Part shown: one piece after another, positions 34,903-44,505 of the stretch | Layout of the letters: each line of letters opens with the position of its first letter | Numbering within the stretch: position 1 is the stretch's first letter | Assembly (NCBI GenBank): GCA_965220965.1 | Contig: OZ244852.1 | Coordinates: 2,304,001-2,368,000, forward strand | Source: Candidatus Marinacidobacterium sp. | Lineage (GTDB): Bacteria > Acidobacteriota > Vicinamibacteria > Marinacidobacterales > Marinacidobacteraceae | DNA: 64,000 nucleotides | Direction: 5' to 3' | Position numbers and translations under genes: made by a program | The notes under the pieces: model-generated | Told to the model about the DNA's origin: nothing | Database searches by the model: none | The model's input: only the letters and a program-made list of their open reading frames with translations

Positions 34903-37218
34903 TTGACGATCAACACCCAGAGCATCGGAGACCGGGTCCGAAGGCGCGAGGACCCCCGGCTGGTCACCGGAGCGGCGCACTACACCGCGGACATCGATCT
35001 TCCCGGAGCGCTCCATCTGGCGCTGGTGCGCAGTCCCTATCCCCACGCCGAAATCGTCGGGATCGAAACCGCGGACGCGGCGGCCATGCCGGGCGTGCGC
35101 GGGGTCTTCACCGGCGCCGACATCCTCCCGACGCTGAAGTCACCGTTCCCGGTCGCGAGATCGCCGCAGGGCGGGGCGTTCGAGTGGCTGCACCTGCCCG
35201 GCTCGGGCCCGATCGCCGAGGACCGGGTGCGGATGGTCGGGGACCCGGTGGCCGTCGTGGTGGCGGAGACCGCGCGGCAGGCGGTCGATGCCGCGGCCGC
35301 CGTGTGGGTCGACTACAACGCGCGGACCGGCGCGGGAGACTGCGAGGCGGCGCTCGCCGCCGACGCGGAACGCCTCTTCGCCGGCGTCCCCGGCAACCGG
35401 GCCTTTCGCTGGGAGCTGCCCCCGGCGCGCGAGCCGGACCCGGCGCCGGTCGAGGTCGTCCAGGACTTCCGGATCCAGCGGCTCATTCCGATGGCGATGG
35501 AGCCCCGGGCGGTGGCGGCTCAGCCCGACGGAGAACGGGTCACGCTCTGGACCTCGACGCAGTCGGCGCACCGGGTCAAGGCGAGCGTGGCGAAGATCCT
35601 CGGGATCGACGCGGAGCGGATCCGGTGCGTCGCACCCGAGGTCGGGGGCGGCTTCGGCGCGAAGGCCAACCTCTATCCGGAGGAGGTCCTCGTCCCCTGG
35701 GTCGCGCTGCGGTTCGGCGTCCCGGCTCGCTGGACGGCGACCCGCACCGAGGACTTCCAGACCACCAGCCACGGGCGGAACCTCTTCGCCCGCGTTGCGG
35801 TGCGCGCCGGAGAGGACGGCCGCATCCGCCACTGCGATGTGGACATGCGCTTCGACTGCGGCGCGTGGTTCAGCCGCCCGGGGCCGACGACCCCCTCGCT
35901 GACCGGGGCCATGATCGTCGGCCCCTACGACATCGCCACCGCGTCCGCCCGCGCCGACGGCGCATTCACCACCACCGCGCCGAACGAGCCCTACCGGGGC
36001 TCCGGACGCCCGGAGGCAACCTACCTGATCGAGCGCACGCTCGACGTCCTCGCCGGACGGCTGGGGCTCGACCCGGCGGAGATCCGCCGCCGGAACCTGA
36101 TCCCGGAAGACCGGTTCCCCTACCAGACGGCCACCGGGCTCACCTACGACACCGGCGCCTACCACCGGGCGCTCGACCTCGCGCTGGAGGCGGGGGACTA
36201 CGCCGGTCTGCGCGCCGAGCAGGCGCGCCGCCTCAAAGAAGGCGGCCCGCCGCTCGGGATCGGACTCGCCTGCTACGTGGAGATCTGCGGGTTCGGTCCC
36301 TGGGAGGCCGGAGGAGTCACCGTGGAGGCTGATGGATCGGTCACGGTCCGCAGCGGCACGTCACCCCACGGACAGGGTCACGAAACCGCGTGGGCGCAGA
36401 TCGTGGCCGACCAGTTGGGGGTCTCCGCCGAAGACGTCACCGTGCTCCACGGGGACACCGACGAGTGCCCGCGCGGGATCGGCACCTTCGGGAGCCGGAG
36501 CGCCCCGGTGGGCGGCTCGGCGGTGTTCGCGAACGCCGCCACGGTGCGCGAACGGGCCCGCGAGCTCGCGGCGCAACTGCTCGAGGCCGCGCCCGAGGAC
36601 CTCCGGTTCGAGGCTGGGCGTTACTTCGTCGCCGGCTCCCCGGCCCGCGCTGTGGGCTGGGAGGAACTCGCCGCCTACGCCGCTTCGGACGACTCCCCGG
36701 AGGATGCGGCCGACGCGCTCACCGCGGACACCGACTTCCGCCCGCCGTCCGACACGTTCCCCTTCGGCTCCCACCTGTGCGCCGTCGAGCTCGACCCGGA
36801 CACCGGCGCCATCCGGATCCTCCGCTACATCTCGGTGGACGACTGCGGCCGGGTGATCAACCCGCTGCTCGCCGAGGGGCAGGTCCACGGGGGGCTCGCC
36901 CAGGGCATCTCGCAGGCGCTCTTCGAGGACGCGGTCTACGACGCGGAGGGCAACCTGCTCACCGGGAGCCTTCTCGAATACGCCGTTCCCCGCGCCGACA
37001 TGCTGCCCGGCTATGAGCTCCACCGCACGGTCACCCCGACGCCGGTGAACCCTCTGGGCGCGAAGGGCATCGGGGAAGCGGCGACGATCGGGTCCACCCC
37101 CGCGGTCACGAACGCGGTCCTCGACGCGCTGCGCCCCTTCGGGGTCGAGCATCTCGACACCCCGCTCACGCCGGAGAAGATCTGGCGCACGATGCGCGAG
37201 GGGCCTGGCCAGTCCTGA
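34903..37218 (+). CDS. Xanthine dehydrogenase/CoxL-family molybdenum hydroxylase large subunit
   Basis: RRREDPRLVTG, VGGGFGAK, PYRGSGRPE, HGQGHET, GTFGSRS, GQVHGG, GAKGIGE; TTG start. Confidence 0.92.
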   Translation: MTINTQSIGDRVRRREDPRLVTGAAHYTADIDLPGALHLALVRSPYPHAEIVGIETADAAAMPGVRGVFTGADILPTLKSPFPVARSPQGGAFEWLHLPGSGPIAEDRVRMVGDPVAVVVAETARQAVDAAAAVWVDYNARTGAGDCEAALAADAERLFAGVPGNRAFRWELPPAREPDPAPVEVVQDFRIQRLIPMAMEPRAVAAQPDGERVTLWTSTQSAHRVKASVAKILGIDAERIRCVAPEVGGGFGAKANLYPEEVLVPWVALRFGVPARWTATRTEDFQTTSHGRNLFARVAVRAGEDGRIRHCDVDMRFDCGAWFSRPGPTTPSLTGAMIVGPYDIATASARADGAFTTTAPNEPYRGSGRPEATYLIERTLDVLAGRLGLDPAEIRRRNLIPEDRFPYQTATGLTYDTGAYHRALDLALEAGDYAGLRAEQARRLKEGGPPLGIGLACYVEICGFGPWEAGGVTVEADGSVTVRSGTSPHGQGHETAWAQIVADQLGVSAEDVTVLHGDTDECPRGIGTFGSRSAPVGGSAVFANAATVRERARELAAQLLEAAPEDLRFEAGRYFVAGSPARAVGWEELAAYAASDDSPEDAADALTADTDFRPPSDTFPFGSHLCAVELDPDTGAIRILRYISVDDCGRVINPLLAEGQVHGGLAQGISQALFEDAVYDAEGNLLTGSLLEYAVPRADMLPGYELHRTVTPTPVNPLGAKGIGEAATIGSTPAVTNAVLDALRPFGVEHLDTPLTPEKIWRTMREGPGQS

Positions 37219-37256
37219 CAGCGGCGCCGCACAATGGGCGCGATGGAGGTTCTTCC

Positions 37257-37781
37257 ATGACCTGTTCTTCCTCCCGGGCCCGGCGCGTGTCCGTCATCGC
37301 GGCCGCGGCGTCGGTCGTGATCTGGGCCGCAGCGGCCCGCTCTTCCACCTCGGGAACGCCTCCCGATGTCGCCTCGCTCCAGACCACCTTCGAGTCCTCG
37401 GTCGCGGCGCTGAACTCGGGGAACCTCGACGCATTCCTCGACACGGTCCACGAGGAAGCGCTCTCGTTCTACGCCTGCGGGCCGACCTCCGGCAAGCAGG
37501 GACGGGAGGCCTGCGCCATCGACTGGGGCCTCTTCTTCAACAACACGACCGGCGCCGAGTTCCGGACGAGCAACGAGCAGTACCGGATCATCGGGGGAAC
37601 CGGGATCGCCTATGGCGAGTACGAGCTCTCCGTCCTTTACGACGGGAAGGAGCGGATGACCGTCCACGAGGGCCGCTACACGATGACCTACATCCACTCC
37701 GGCGACCGCTGGCGGATCATCATGCAGCACAACACCCCGGCGGGAGACGACCCGCAGCCGGTGCGGAACCTGCGGAGGTAG
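37257..37781 (+). CDS. NTF2/SnoaL-like (DUF4440-type) exported protein
   Basis: GGAGG RBS; AALNSGNLDAF...GRYTMTY..GDRWRIIMQH. Confidence 0.7.
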   Translation: MTCSSSRARRVSVIAAAASVVIWAAAARSSTSGTPPDVASLQTTFESSVAALNSGNLDAFLDTVHEEALSFYACGPTSGKQGREACAIDWGLFFNNTTGAEFRTSNEQYRIIGGTGIAYGEYELSVLYDGKERMTVHEGRYTMTYIHSGDRWRIIMQHNTPAGDDPQPVRNLRR

Positions 37782-37794
37782 CCCGGGCGGAGAA

Positions 37795-39084
37795 TCAGCC
37801 CGTCGGCTCGCGTGGCGGGTGAACCCGCCCGTCGCGCACCACCAGCCGGACCTCCCCGAGGGCCCGGACATCCTGGCCGGGATCTCCGCCAACGACGACC
37901 AGATCGGCGGCGTACCCGGGGGCGAGCGTCCCGATCTCGTCGGACATTCCGAGCGATTCCGCCGCCAGCGAGGTGAGGGCCACGATCAGGTCCTCCGGCG
38001 GCTGGCCCCCCTGCTCCACCCGGGCGAACGCCTCGCGGATGTTCTGGCCGTGGGCGCCCGCGACCGCGTCCGTCCCGAAGACGACCCGCAGCCCCGGGGT
38101 GGCGAGGGCCTTCCGGAAGACCTCCATCCGTCCCTCGATGTTCGACTCCATCAGCGCGAATCCCTCCTCGGTGTAGTTGCCGATCCCGAGGTAGCGCTCC
38201 TTCTGTTCGAGGTAGTTCGCGACGATCAGGTAGGTGTTCGGGTCGAAGAACAGGCCCTTCCCGGCGAGCAGGTCGAGAGTGGCCTGGTCGAGCAGCGAAC
38301 CGTGCTCGATCGTGGTGCAGCCGGCCTCCGCCGCCCGGCTCGCGCTCACCGGCCCGTGGGCGTGCACGAGCGTCCGGAGGCCGAGCTCGCTCGCCGCGCC
38401 GCAGGCGGCGTCGAGCTGTTCCTGGGTCAGCGTCGGAGCGCCCCCGTCGCGGCTGCTGGCGGAGGCGAAGATCTTGATCGCGTCGGCCCCCGCCTCCGCC
38501 ATCCGGCGAACCTCGGCGTCCATCGCCTCCGGGCCTCCGGTGCGATCCGAGAGCGAGCCGAGCGAGGTGATGATCCGGGGGCCGGGAACGACGCCGCGCG
38601 CCACCGCGTCGCGCACCGGCCCGTCGACCGGGCTCCCGAGGCTCTGGACCGTGGTGAACCCGGCCTCCAGCATCCGAACGCCGTTCTCGACCGCGTGGAG
38701 CGCGCTCTCTTCCGGGGGCGCGCCCCGCGCGAGGCGTCCGTCCTCCCCGAAGTGCCAGTCGAGGTGGATGTGGGTGTCGATGAAGCCCGGCAGGATCGAA
38801 GCGCCGGGGAAGTCGAGTCGTCGGCCGCCGGTCGGAAGGTCCTTCGCTGGCGCCACCGCTTCGATCCGGCCGTCGCGCACCGCGACGCCGTAGCCCTCGA
38901 AGACCTCGCCACGACCGTCGAACACCCGGTCCGCGGTGATGACGAGAACGTCGGGGCCCGCTTCGGTCGCTTCCTGCGGAGCCTCCGGCGACACGCCTCC
39001 GCAGCCGGCGGACCAGACCGCGAGCGCCGCTCCCGCCAGGCGGAGCCCCGCGGTCTCCGCTCTTCGCCTCGCGCCGATCGTCAT
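37795..39084 (-). CDS. Metal-dependent amidohydrolase, lipoprotein
   Basis: LPGFIDTHIHL, AGFTTVQ, GADAIKIF, VHAHG, TIEHG, FGTDA. Confidence 0.9.
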   Translation of the reverse strand: MTIGARRRAETAGLRLAGAALAVWSAGCGGVSPEAPQEATEAGPDVLVITADRVFDGRGEVFEGYGVAVRDGRIEAVAPAKDLPTGGRRLDFPGASILPGFIDTHIHLDWHFGEDGRLARGAPPEESALHAVENGVRMLEAGFTTVQSLGSPVDGPVRDAVARGVVPGPRIITSLGSLSDRTGGPEAMDAEVRRMAEAGADAIKIFASASSRDGGAPTLTQEQLDAACGAASELGLRTLVHAHGPVSASRAAEAGCTTIEHGSLLDQATLDLLAGKGLFFDPNTYLIVANYLEQKERYLGIGNYTEEGFALMESNIEGRMEVFRKALATPGLRVVFGTDAVAGAHGQNIREAFARVEQGGQPPEDLIVALTSLAAESLGMSDEIGTLAPGYAADLVVVGGDPGQDVRALGEVRLVVRDGRVHPPREPTG

Positions 39085-39142
39085 GCGCGGAGTATCCCGC
39101 TTCGGGCGGAGTCCGTGGATTCCTGCGTTGTAATCGTGTGAT

Positions 39143-39163
39143 TCCTACGATGCTATCGTAGGA
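39143..39163. promoter_or_regulatory. Perfect palindrome TCCTACGAT-GCT-ATCGTAGGA ending 8 bp before the ATPase start codon
   Basis: Read directly; lies in a locally AT-rich divergent gap. Confidence 0.6.
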
Positions 39164-39171
39164 TTTGACCA

Positions 39172-40341
39172 ATGTGGATTCCGCGGCGGATCGAACCGCT
39201 GCTTCGGGAACGGGTGGCCACCCGCCCGGTGGTCCTGCTGACCGGAGCGCGACAGACCGGCAAGACCAGCCTGGTGCGGCGGCTGTTCCCCGACCACGAC
39301 TTCGTCACGCTGGACCTGCCGAGCGAGGCGGAACAGGCGGAGCGGGACCCGGCCAGCTTCCTGGCGCGGCGCCCGCCGCCGCTCATCGTGGACGAGGTCC
39401 AGTACGCCCCCGGGCTGTTCCGTCATCTCAAGGTCGCGGTGGACCGGGACCGGTCGAGTTGCGGTCGCTTCATCCTCACCGGGTCGCAACCGCTGCGGCT
39501 CATGGCGTCAGGCGCCGACGCGCTCGCCGGCCGGGTGGACATCGTGGAGCTGGAGCCGCTCTCGTTCGCCGAGGCGAAGGCCGCCCGGCCCGAACTCACG
39601 CCCGAGGACTTCCTCGTGCGCGGCGGCTTTCCCGAGCTCCATGCCAACCCCCGGATCGAGTCGCGCGGTTTCCTGCAGTCGTACGTCGCGACCTACCTGG
39701 AGCGGGATCTGCGGCAGCTCCTCCGGGTCGCGCGGCTACGGGACCACGAGCGTTTCCTGCGGGCGCTCGCACTGCGCTCGGCCCAGCTTCTGAACCGGGC
39801 CGACCTGGCGCGCGACGTGGGGATCAGCGGTTCGACCGCCGGGGCGTGGCTGTCGGTTCTCGAGGCGTCCCACCAGACCGCGCTTCTCGAGCCGTGGTTC
39901 GGCAACCCGACGAGTTCGCTGGTGAAGCGGGCGAAGATCTTCCTTCGCGATGCCGGGCTGACCGCGTTCCTTTGCGGGATCCACACCGTCGATGCGCTGA
40001 CGGCGTCGCCGCTGGCGGGCGCCCTCTGGGAGACCCTGGTGTGCTCGGAGATCCGACGCGGCCAACTGAACCGGAGCGGGGGGTGGAACCTCCACTTCTA
40101 CCGGGACCGGGCGGGAGAAGCGGACTTCCTCGTCCACCAGGCGGGCCGCTTCCATCTCGGGGACGCGAAGTGGACCGAACTCCCCGGACCCCGGGACGCC
40201 CGCGCCCTGCGGAAGGTGGCGGCGCGACTTCCCGAGGGGAGCGTCGCGAGTCAGACGCTGTTCTGCCGCGCCCCGAATGCGTTTCCCATTGACGAACACG
40301 TGGCGGTGGTTCCGCTCGGGGAGATCGCCTTCCCGCCCTGA
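39172..40341 (+). CDS. ATP-binding protein, AAA_14 + DUF4143, copy 1
   Basis: GARQTGKT, VDEVQYAP, FILTGS, GGFPE, YLERDL, KIFLRDAGL, FYRDRAGEADF..DAK. Confidence 0.9.
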   Translation: MWIPRRIEPLLRERVATRPVVLLTGARQTGKTSLVRRLFPDHDFVTLDLPSEAEQAERDPASFLARRPPPLIVDEVQYAPGLFRHLKVAVDRDRSSCGRFILTGSQPLRLMASGADALAGRVDIVELEPLSFAEAKAARPELTPEDFLVRGGFPELHANPRIESRGFLQSYVATYLERDLRQLLRVARLRDHERFLRALALRSAQLLNRADLARDVGISGSTAGAWLSVLEASHQTALLEPWFGNPTSSLVKRAKIFLRDAGLTAFLCGIHTVDALTASPLAGALWETLVCSEIRRGQLNRSGGWNLHFYRDRAGEADFLVHQAGRFHLGDAKWTELPGPRDARALRKVAARLPEGSVASQTLFCRAPNAFPIDEHVAVVPLGEIAFPP

Positions 40342-40381
40342 GTCAGACCTCGCGGAAACGCGGCTCAGCCGGGCGGCGCGG

Positions 40382-40957
40382 TCAGGTCGGCGCCCCGGCT
40401 TCGAGCCCCCAGCGCTCCCAGCCGGGGGCCGGGCCGCGGGCGAAGAGCTCGATGCGGGGCTGGTGCGGGAACATCGCCTCGATCCGGCGGCGGACCTCCT
40501 CCGGTTTCGTGGAGTGGGGGCCGCGTCCCTCACGCACCAGTTGGCGCACGTTCCTCGCGCCGCGGGGCGTCGGGATCCGCCCCCGGCGGAAGACGAGGCA
40601 GAGCTCGCACTGGCTCAGCGTGTAGTGGCCGGGGTTCACCCGGCCCTTGTCCCAGACGAAGGCGACCGTGGCCCACGCGAAACCCCAGGCCTTTCCGAGC
40701 CGGATCGCCTGATCGAGGTGGGGGCTGGTGGCCCAGAGGAACAGGAGGCAGTCCGGGGCGGCGATGCGTTGGACGGGCAGCGCTTCGAGCGCGCCCAGCG
40801 GGACCGTCGGGTAGTGGCGGACCGCGCCGCCGGTGTCCTGGCTCCCGGGTCCGGCGTGCTGAAGCTGGCCGCGGTAGTCCCAGGGGGGGTCGGCGTAGAT
40901 GACCCCGAAGCGCCGGTCGGGGAGCGGCGGGAACGGAGCGCCGGAGTCCGCCGTCAC
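40382..40957 (-). CDS. MT-A70 family adenine-N6 methyltransferase
   Basis: VIYADPPWDY, HYPT, LFLWATSP, FVWDK, HSTKP, IELFAR. Confidence 0.9.
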   Translation of the reverse strand: MTADSGAPFPPLPDRRFGVIYADPPWDYRGQLQHAGPGSQDTGGAVRHYPTVPLGALEALPVQRIAAPDCLLFLWATSPHLDQAIRLGKAWGFAWATVAFVWDKGRVNPGHYTLSQCELCLVFRRGRIPTPRGARNVRQLVREGRGPHSTKPEEVRRRIEAMFPHQPRIELFARGPAPGWERWGLEAGAPT

Positions 40958-40977
40958 GGGCGCAGCGGCGGCGCGGC

Positions 40978-42153
40978 TCAGCCGGAGGCGGCGGCGAGCG
41001 CCCGCGAGAAGTCGGCGACCAGGTCCTCCGCCGACTCAACTCCGGTCGAAAAGCGCATGAGTCCCTCGCCGATCCCCTGCCCGGCGCGCTCCTCGGCGGA
41101 GAGACCGCTGTGGATCGCCGCCGCCGGCCGCACGATGAGCGACTCCACGCCGCCGAGGCTCGCCGCGACGACCGGGAGTTCGAGCGCCGCGGCGAACCGC
41201 TCCGCCGGCTCGGCGCCGCCCTTCATCACGAAGGCGATCATCCCGCCGAAGCCGCCGTCGAGGAGGCGGGCGGCGCGGTCGTGCTGCGGGTGGGAGGCGA
41301 GTCCCGGGTAATGGACGCGCTCCACTTCGGCGCGGGACTCGAGGAACCGCGCGAGCGCGAGCGCGTTCGCCGACTGGCGCCGCACCCGCAGGCCGATCGT
41401 CTTGAGGCCGCGCTCGAGCAGAACGCAGGCGTGCGGATCGAGCGAACCCCCGAGGTGATCGAGCATCAGCTTGATGCGCCGCACCCGCTCGGCGCTTCCT
41501 GAGATCGAGCCGGCGACGAGGTCGTTGTGCCCGTTCATGTACTTGGTGGCGCTCTCCATTACGAGGTCGAAGCCGCGTTCGGCGGGCCGGAAGAGCACCG
41601 GGCTCGCGAAGGTGTTGTCGATGAACGAGACGAGGCCGTGTCGCCGCGCGAAGGCCGGGACCGCTTCGAGGTCAGCCATCTGGACGAGCGGGTTCGTGAG
41701 CGTCTCGACGTAGATCATCCGCGTCTTCGGCGTGAGGGCGGCTGCCCAGGAGTCCGGATCCTGCGGGTCGATCCGGGTGTGGGTGATCCCGAACCGGGGC
41801 AGGTCATGCGCGAGGAAGTTGGCGGTTCCCCCGTAGACGACATCCTGGACGAGCAGGTGGTCGCCGGCGCTCAGGAAGGTGAGGATGGCCCCCGAGATGG
41901 CGGCCATCCCGCTGCCGGTGACGAGCGAGGCCTCGGCGCCCTCGAGCGAGGCGATCCGTTCGTGGAGGACGACGTGGTTCGGGCTGTTCGACAGCCGGAG
42001 GTATCCGACATCGTGGTACTCCTCGCCGTGGTACTCGAAGTTTGCCGTGGCGAAGACCGGCGTCGAGACCGCGCCGAGCGGCCGCGGCTTGAGCGCGCCC
42101 TGGTGGACGGCGCGGGTGTCAAGGGAGGATGGGTTCGAATCGGATGGGGGCAT
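40978..42153 (-). CDS. PLP-dependent trans-sulfuration enzyme (cystathionine gamma-lyase/synthase or methionine gamma-lyase)
   Basis: SGMAAI, VYGGT, ETLTNP, DNTFASP, SATKYMNGHNDL, SLGGVESL. Confidence 0.92.
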   Translation of the reverse strand: MPPSDSNPSSLDTRAVHQGALKPRPLGAVSTPVFATANFEYHGEEYHDVGYLRLSNSPNHVVLHERIASLEGAEASLVTGSGMAAISGAILTFLSAGDHLLVQDVVYGGTANFLAHDLPRFGITHTRIDPQDPDSWAAALTPKTRMIYVETLTNPLVQMADLEAVPAFARRHGLVSFIDNTFASPVLFRPAERGFDLVMESATKYMNGHNDLVAGSISGSAERVRRIKLMLDHLGGSLDPHACVLLERGLKTIGLRVRRQSANALALARFLESRAEVERVHYPGLASHPQHDRAARLLDGGFGGMIAFVMKGGAEPAERFAAALELPVVAASLGGVESLIVRPAAAIHSGLSAEERAGQGIGEGLMRFSTGVESAEDLVADFSRALAAASG

Positions 42154-42164
42154 GCGGTGGCCTG

Positions 42165-42578
42165 TCAGTCAGGAGAGTTCGGCCGGGTTTCGTTTGCTTC
42201 GGGAACCGGAGCCTCGTAGGCGGCCGCCATCCTCGGATTCTCGACGAGCTCTACCCGGACGACGCCCCGGAACGACGGCGGCAGGCCGCGAGCGATGCTC
42301 CGGTGGATGTGGCGGGCGAGGAACTCGGTCGTGGTGTTCTCGCCGGGGAAGATCCCGTCGAGGTCGGCGAAGCGGAGCGGCGCGAGGACCTCGCCGAGCG
42401 CGCGCTCCGCCCAGTTCAGGTCGAGAAGCACGTTGTTCTCGTCGAGCGACGGGCCCCGGATTTCCACGATGACCTCGTACGTGGCCCCGTGATGGCCCTC
42501 GGCGGGACCGAACAGCGAGCCCCGCAGCGTGTGCGCGCACATGAAGTGGTCCCGGATCCGGATGCTGTAGTGGGCCAC
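42165..42578 (-). CDS. 6-pyruvoyl-tetrahydropterin synthase/QueD-like T-fold protein
   Basis: HFMCAH, FGPAEGHHGATY, NTTTEFLA, VELVE. Confidence 0.8.
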   Translation of the reverse strand: MAHYSIRIRDHFMCAHTLRGSLFGPAEGHHGATYEVIVEIRGPSLDENNVLLDLNWAERALGEVLAPLRFADLDGIFPGENTTTEFLARHIHRSIARGLPPSFRGVVRVELVENPRMAAAYEAPVPEANETRPNSPD

Positions 42579-42647
42579 GGCGGAGCCGGAGAATAACCGG
42601 GCGTGCGGCGCCCCGGACGCCGGGAACGCCCGCGTAGACTCCGCCCC

Positions 42648-43463
42648 ATGACGGAACGCTCCTGGGACCCCGAAGCGATCGCCGATGAGGTCGAGGCCGC
42701 CCGGCGCGCGGGCGGCCGGCTTGTCCCGTTCACCGACCGGTTTCCTGACTTCGACCTCGAGGCCGCCTACCAGGTCTCGGGGATCCTCGCCTGCCGCCGG
42801 GCGGCGACCTCACGGCTCGTGGGCCGCAAGATCGGGTTCACGAACAAGGCGACCTGGGAAGGGGCCGGACTCGCCCAGCCGGTCTGGGCGACGCTCTTCG
42901 CGGACACGGTGTTCCGGACCGGAGTGGACGCCTTCCCGGATGTCTCGATGGCCGGGACGGTGGAACCGAAGATCGAGTGCGAGGTCGTACTCACGCTCCG
43001 GTCGACGCCCGCTCCCGGCGCCCGCGGAGCGGAGGCCGCCCGCTCCGTCGCGGAGGTCGGCCTCGGCTTCGAGGTCGCGGACGCCCCCTTCCCGGGCTGG
43101 AAGATGCATCCCGCCGACGCGGTGGCGACCGGCGGCATCCACCACGCCCTCGCCGTGGGGCCGATGGTCCCGGCGGGGGACCCGGAACGGTTGTCGGAGA
43201 CCCTCGCCGCGCTCACCATCGTGATGACCTGCAACTTCGACCACGCGGCCGACGGCGCCGGACGGCTGGTCATGGGGAACCCGCTCGATGCGCTCGGAGC
43301 GCTGGCCGACATGGCGGCAGCCCGGGGGGCCCCGCTCCAGCCTGGGGAGATCGTCACCACCGGGACGCTCACGCCGCCGCTCGACTGCGCCGCCACCGAG
43401 TTCTACCGGAGCGAAGCAGCGGACGAGGTCCTCCCGGCCGCGGGCATCTCGCTCGTCGCCTAG
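42648..43463 (+). CDS. 2-keto-4-pentenoate hydratase-like (FAH superfamily)
   Basis: AYQV, GRKIGFTN, EPKIECEV, FEVAD, MGNPLDAL, GEIVTTGT. Confidence 0.85.
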   Translation: MTERSWDPEAIADEVEAARRAGGRLVPFTDRFPDFDLEAAYQVSGILACRRAATSRLVGRKIGFTNKATWEGAGLAQPVWATLFADTVFRTGVDAFPDVSMAGTVEPKIECEVVLTLRSTPAPGARGAEAARSVAEVGLGFEVADAPFPGWKMHPADAVATGGIHHALAVGPMVPAGDPERLSETLAALTIVMTCNFDHAADGAGRLVMGNPLDALGALADMAAARGAPLQPGEIVTTGTLTPPLDCAATEFYRSEAADEVLPAAGISLVA

Positions 43464-43645
43464 CAGCCCGTTGACAAGGTCCCGCGGCGTTCGAGCGGCG
43501 ATGCATCCCGCCCGAACCGCGCCCCTTCGGGGCGCTCGTCGTTGCGTTTCGGTCGGAATATTCCCGATATTCCTCCCTCACGCGCCTTGTCGGCCGGGCG
43601 CCTCACCGCTCTCGGCGCTGCACGCGACCTTATCAACGGACTGCT
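43462..43645. mobile_element. MITE-like non-coding element (184 bp) with 20-bp terminal inverted repeats
   Basis: Left end AGCAGCCCGTTGACAAGGTC vs reverse complement of right end AGCAGTCCGTTGATAAGGTC (18/20); overlaps the upstream TAG stop; internal hairpins. Confidence 0.65.
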
Positions 43646-43675
43646 CGCCGCCACCCCCGGGGGAGGTGGGCCCGC

Positions 43676-44425
43676 TCACCGGCTGCGGGGTGGGGGGTTC
43701 TTCGACGGTGGACGGCTCGGCCGCAGTTCGATCCGGCTGGCGAGCGCCTGACCGCGGGTCGAGAAGACCGCAAGGACGGCCTCCGCAACATCCTCCGCGG
43801 AGAGCTTCCAGTCCTCTCCATCGCCGGGGGTGCGGCCCGCGAAGCCGGTCGCCACGCTCCCCGGCATGACCGTGGAGACGCGGACGCCGCGGTCGCGCAG
43901 GTCCAGCATGAGCGCTTCGGTCATCCCCAGCAGCCCGAACTTGGACGCGTTGTAGGCGGCTCCACCGCGGAACGGATGGCGGCCGGCGAGGCTGCCGATG
44001 TTCACGATGGTCCCGCCCGCGGCCTCGAGAAGCGGCAGGCAGGCGTGGATCACCGCGAAGGCGCCGATCAGGTTCGCCTCCACGACGGTGCGGAACTCGG
44101 CAAGCGTGAGTTCCGGGGCGGGCCGGTAGATCCCGATCCCGGCGTTGTTCACCAGCAGATCGAGCCCGCCCGCCCGCTCCCCGACGAAATCGGCGAGCGC
44201 GGCGACGGATTGCTCGTCCCGGACATCGCAGCCGGTTCCGAACGCCCGCCCGGGGCCGGAGGCGGTCATTTCCGCCGCCAGGTCTTCGGCGTCCGTCCGC
44301 CGCGTCCCGGTCAGGAAGACACTTGCCCCCCGCGCCACCAGCGCGGCGGCCACCGCCCGCCCGATCCCCCGGGTCCCGCCGGTGACGAGAGCGACCTTGC
44401 CATCAAGGGTCTGGCGCCGGGTCAC
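43676..44425 (-). CDS. Short-chain dehydrogenase/reductase
   Basis: TGGTRGIG, NNAG, YNASK (YxxxK). Confidence 0.93.
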   Translation of the reverse strand: MTRRQTLDGKVALVTGGTRGIGRAVAAALVARGASVFLTGTRRTDAEDLAAEMTASGPGRAFGTGCDVRDEQSVAALADFVGERAGGLDLLVNNAGIGIYRPAPELTLAEFRTVVEANLIGAFAVIHACLPLLEAAGGTIVNIGSLAGRHPFRGGAAYNASKFGLLGMTEALMLDLRDRGVRVSTVMPGSVATGFAGRTPGDGEDWKLSAEDVAEAVLAVFSTRGQALASRIELRPSRPPSKNPPPRSR

Positions 44426-44505
44426 GAGCCGCCATCGTAACGACGAAGGGGAAGGGCCAGTAACAGGTCATCTTGACCGAATCCGCTAAAGTGCGGCTTT
44501 CCGAG

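Noticed and set aside
34903-37218. Form I aerobic CO dehydrogenase
   Set aside because: Lacks the Cu-binding AYxCSFR motif and adjacent coxMS/accessory genes.
40382-40957. Complete restriction-modification system
   Set aside because: No adjacent endonuclease or specificity gene; the AAA_14/DUF4143 neighbour is convergent and has an unlinked paralogue.
42165-42578. Canonical queD or a dpd 7-deazaguanine DNA-modification island
   Set aside because: No CxxxHGH motif and no queC/queE/folE/dpdA in the window.
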